From assembly GCA_047495785.1 (NCBI GenBank), contig JBLDXI010000019.1:992001-1056000 (forward strand): a DNA stretch of 64,000 nucleotides, in the 5' to 3' direction. Source of the stretch: Lepidodermella squamata. Its lineage: Eukaryota; Animalia; Gastrotricha. Shown here piece after piece: positions 60,610 to 64,000 of the stretch. How positions within the stretch are numbered: the first letter of the stretch is position 1; each line of letters starts with the position of its first letter. The position numbers and the translations under genes are program-made. The notes beneath the pieces were generated by a model. The model had not been told where the DNA came from. It saw only the letters and a list, made by a program, of their open reading frames with translations, and did no database searches.

Positions 60610-63600
60610 TCAAACACAGGGAATCCAACGACATCCTTCAACAGAAGCTCCATATTTGAGCAATAGTTTAGCAGTTTCTGAATAACGACGTTCTGCGGCT
60701 AGCATCAAAGCCGTATAACCATCAGTTGTTCTAAAATCCATCGCTCTAAGACCGCCATTTTCGAGCAACAGCTGCAAAACATCAACATGACCGTACCCGG
60801 CTGCTAGGTGAAGAGGGGTCCAGCCGTTTCGAGCCGGGTCTCCAACCGCCTTTGCCGCTCCATATTTCACCAAAAGTGACACAGTTTGGTGTTTTCCGAA
60901 GGCAGCAGCCATGTGAAGGGCGGTATAGTTCCAATGATGCTCGCGGACGTTAGGATCCGCCCCCAGCTCGAGCAGCCATTTGACCATTTGCGCTGTAGTA
61001 CCTTGAGACCGCTGCTCGGCTGTTCCGTTACATCGGGTGGCCAAGTGCAATAGCGTTGCATTTCGGATGCCGAAGCACCATATTTTTGAAAATTCAGCAG
61101 CCTCATCAGCCGACTCGTCGTGTTCGCCGTCGTCACGCCAGTTGACATTCAAATAACCAAGGGATAGCAAATCTCGCACACCCTGTACATTTTTTGAACT
61201 GATAGCATGAGCTAAGAGATGCTGCCTTTCATGAACGATCTAAATACAAAAAATATTGCCATGAGATGAAAAAAGTGTTTACAAACAGACCCTATTTTCA
61301 ATGCACTTGGATGTATTCGCAATTCTCCATGTTCCGTCATTACCACATTTCGCATATTTATCGCCAATCAGGGTGAATCCTGTATCGCAAATTATAGCTC
61401 GGAATGAGCTTATTTTGTAAAACTTGGCTCTTTCAGCCGGCAGTAAATTTTGCGGGGCTTGAACTAATTTTCCGTCGCCAATGCAAAACCCTTCGCCCTG
61501 TTGCGACTGGCTGCAATAATTGAAGCAATAACCGCCCATGAAGCGCCATTTATCTGTTTCTGTACATTCGATTTCATTCGAGCCCCGGAGGACAAAGCCA
61601 GGGTTGCAGCGGAATTTCAATATAGCCCCAGCGCACAGAGTTGTATTTTGATTCGACGACGTAGTAATTACTTCACCATTATCGATTTCGGGCGGATCGC
61701 CGCAGTATCCATTGACTTCAAAGTTCATATCATCAACAGATCGCCCGCAATAATCCTTCTGACTTGCGGAACATTTTCCAGTAGAAATCATGGCAGCAAC
61801 AAGTTGGTCTAATCCGAGCCGTTTCGCGAGATGCAAAGGCGTACCGCCACCAAAATAATGATTGATCCGGCCGCAATTCACCCCGATCCGCGTTAACAGG
61901 AAATCAACAAATTGCCAACAATTTCGCCTGATCGCGCTTTCCAATATCGTTTCTCCAGAAGTTTTATCTGTCACATTTTCTACACCTGTAAATAGAATTG
62001 AAATTAGATTGCTGATGTAATCGTGGACAGAGCAAATTGGGCCCACAATTTTCCGAAGATTTTCATTAAGGTGAGCTAATTTAAGGTCTGGAACTCTCTC
62101 GACGGAAACCACTTGGGAAACCTTGGAAAACGTGAACTTTGATCTAAACCAGGCTTCAAATATCAAGATTTCGCGAACAAAAGCTGATCATAAGCTGATA
62201 ACCCTCCGAAATATGGTTTCGTCCGAGAACTATATCGGAATTCATGGGTTAGATTAAAGCTCACCTAGAATGTGATTCGATAAGATATTGCCGATTTCCA
62301 AATTAGCATCATTGCAACCAAGCAGGGTCAGCAAGTGAATAGGAGTGCGGCCATGGGGGTCCTGTGATGTTATCATTCTAGCCAACATATCGTCGCTCAA
62401 ATTCTCAACGAAAATTTTGATCGTTTGGGAAGCAAGGTTCCGTACGGCTAACGTAAGCGCTGTATCATTATGAGAATTCTTAATGAGCGCCAAGCTCGCA
62501 TTTCGACTAAGCAAAAGCCAAACTATATTAGACTCGTTGCGGCTAGCAGCCATGTGAAGGGCGGTATCGTTTGTTTCCGGTATAGCTTCAGTCGCTAAGT
62601 GTTCGAGTGGAAAATGGCTTTCCCGGCTTATCATTTTCGCCGCCTCTTCAATTCGATTCAGCTCGATCGCAAGCAACAAAGGCGTTCGGCCTTTGTCGTC
62701 GCGAAGTCGGAAGATCTTGCTAGTCATGCCGTCGAGAAATGCGTCCAACGCCTCGTCATGGCTATACTCAACGGCTAAATGCGCCAGGCCCCTACCTTTA
62801 GCGTCCTGAATCAGGACATTCGCGTTGTTTTTGATTAAATAGCTCACGATTTCCAACGACTTTCGCTCAATTAAGGCGACATGCAGTGGGGTCAATTTTT
62901 CGGGATTTTCAGTCTTCACGTCGGCGTTACGGAATCCAGGTAGGGTTAGCAAATATTTGATTGCATTCGTAGTATCAGCCAGGTGAAGGGACGAATAACC
63001 CCTCGAATCTCGGGCCATAACATTGGCGCCAATATGCTCTAAAATCTCGGCGAATTCCAGTGAATTCGACTTGATAGCCACCATGAAAGGAGTCAATCCC
63101 TCGTTGTTCTTAGAGTCTAGGAGTCTACCATTCGTGAATTGAACAAATAACCGAACAATTTCCAGATCCAGTCGTAAATTTGATATTTCCGGTTCGGATA
63201 AGGCCATCGCGTGAAGGGCAGATCCGCCGTTGGAATCAACCGCCTCCAGCACATCGTCCTGATTAAGGAGCAGTTCAATATAGGCTTTCTGCCTATAATA
63301 AGCCGCAATGTGAAGAGGGGTTCCAATGATCCCGTTGTGATACACGCACTCGCCCTCAGCGATGGGTTTAGATAATTTCACGAGTTTTATTCCGAATTCA
63401 AAGCTGCCTCGCAACGCTGCGTAACACGCCGGAACTTGGCCTGACGAGTCAATCAATTTATGGTTGTAGTGATAAAACAAGGCCGGCGATAGGAAATCGG
63501 CCATATTTGTCTCAGCTGCCAGGTGACTGATAGTTCTGCCGCTATTTTCGACCGCGGCGTCTTCTAAGGATACGTTGTGTTTCAATAGCAATTTGACAAC

Positions 63601-64000
63601 GTCCAGCCTTGAATTCATCAGTGCAATATGAATAGCTAAATTTCCGTTCGAATCACGATGCGTGACATCAGCTTGTCCGAATTCTTCGTCGATAAGCAGT
63701 AGTACACTTTTGGCAAGATTCAAGTCACCGTGTGGTGCTTTTGAAGCAGCGGCGTAGAACAACGGAGTCCATGACATGAGTTTAGATTTCGACTCAACGA
63801 AAGCAGCGACTAAACCCGGCCCGCCATTTTCCCTAGCTTCGTCAATTAAAACTTGGATAACTCTGTGGTGAGCATTTGCAGCTGCTAGGTGAAGAGGAGT
63901 CTCATCCAATGCGTTGGCTGGGTTCAATTCGAGCTTTTCGTAACTCCGCAGCAAATCGTCGACTATGATTTGTTGGCCGTAATACGCGGCTACATGAAGC
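60610..64000 (-). CDS. Ankyrin repeat - 2x sushi/CCP - ankyrin repeat protein; 5' end outside the window
   Basis: ORFs 62254-63954, 61279-61985 and 60610-61239 join through phase-compatible introns 61986-62264 and 61240-61290. Contains TPLH repeats and two C..C..W..C sushi modules. Confidence 0.8.

Noticed and set aside
1-64000. CRISPR arrays, prokaryotic operons or defence systems, alternative genetic code
   Set aside because: The sequence is intron-containing animal DNA, the models translate with the standard code, and no repeat-spacer array was seen.

Overview
Gene-dense genomic window from an invertebrate animal with motile cilia or flagella and mostly 45-60 nt GT-AG introns. The taxon cannot be determined from the sequence. 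It holds about 20 protein-coding genes: CFAP46 (3' end truncated), CEPT1/CHPT1, TTC14, an ApoD-like lipocalin, a nucleoside hydrolase, WDR3, THOC3, SFR1, a HELZ-like SF1 helicase, ILK, SECISBP2, inversin, an EMI-EGF receptor, metaxin, PAT1, glomulin, a TEX12-like gene, ODF3, an ankyrin-sushi-ankyrin protein and two uncharacterised genes. RNA genes not visible in the ORF track are a U2 snRNA and a tRNA-Met nested in one CFAP46 intron, and a SNORD43/snR70-type C/D snoRNA in the ILK intron. There is also a tRNA-derived SINE and a MITE-like foldback. The main higher-order signal is a repeated junction between co-oriented genes: a poly(A) hexamer, about 37-56 nt, an unpaired U-rich AG acceptor, 10-24 nt, then the next ATG. 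This is what polycistronic operons resolved by spliced-leader trans-splicing would look like. All gene models and homologies were read by eye; no searches were run.
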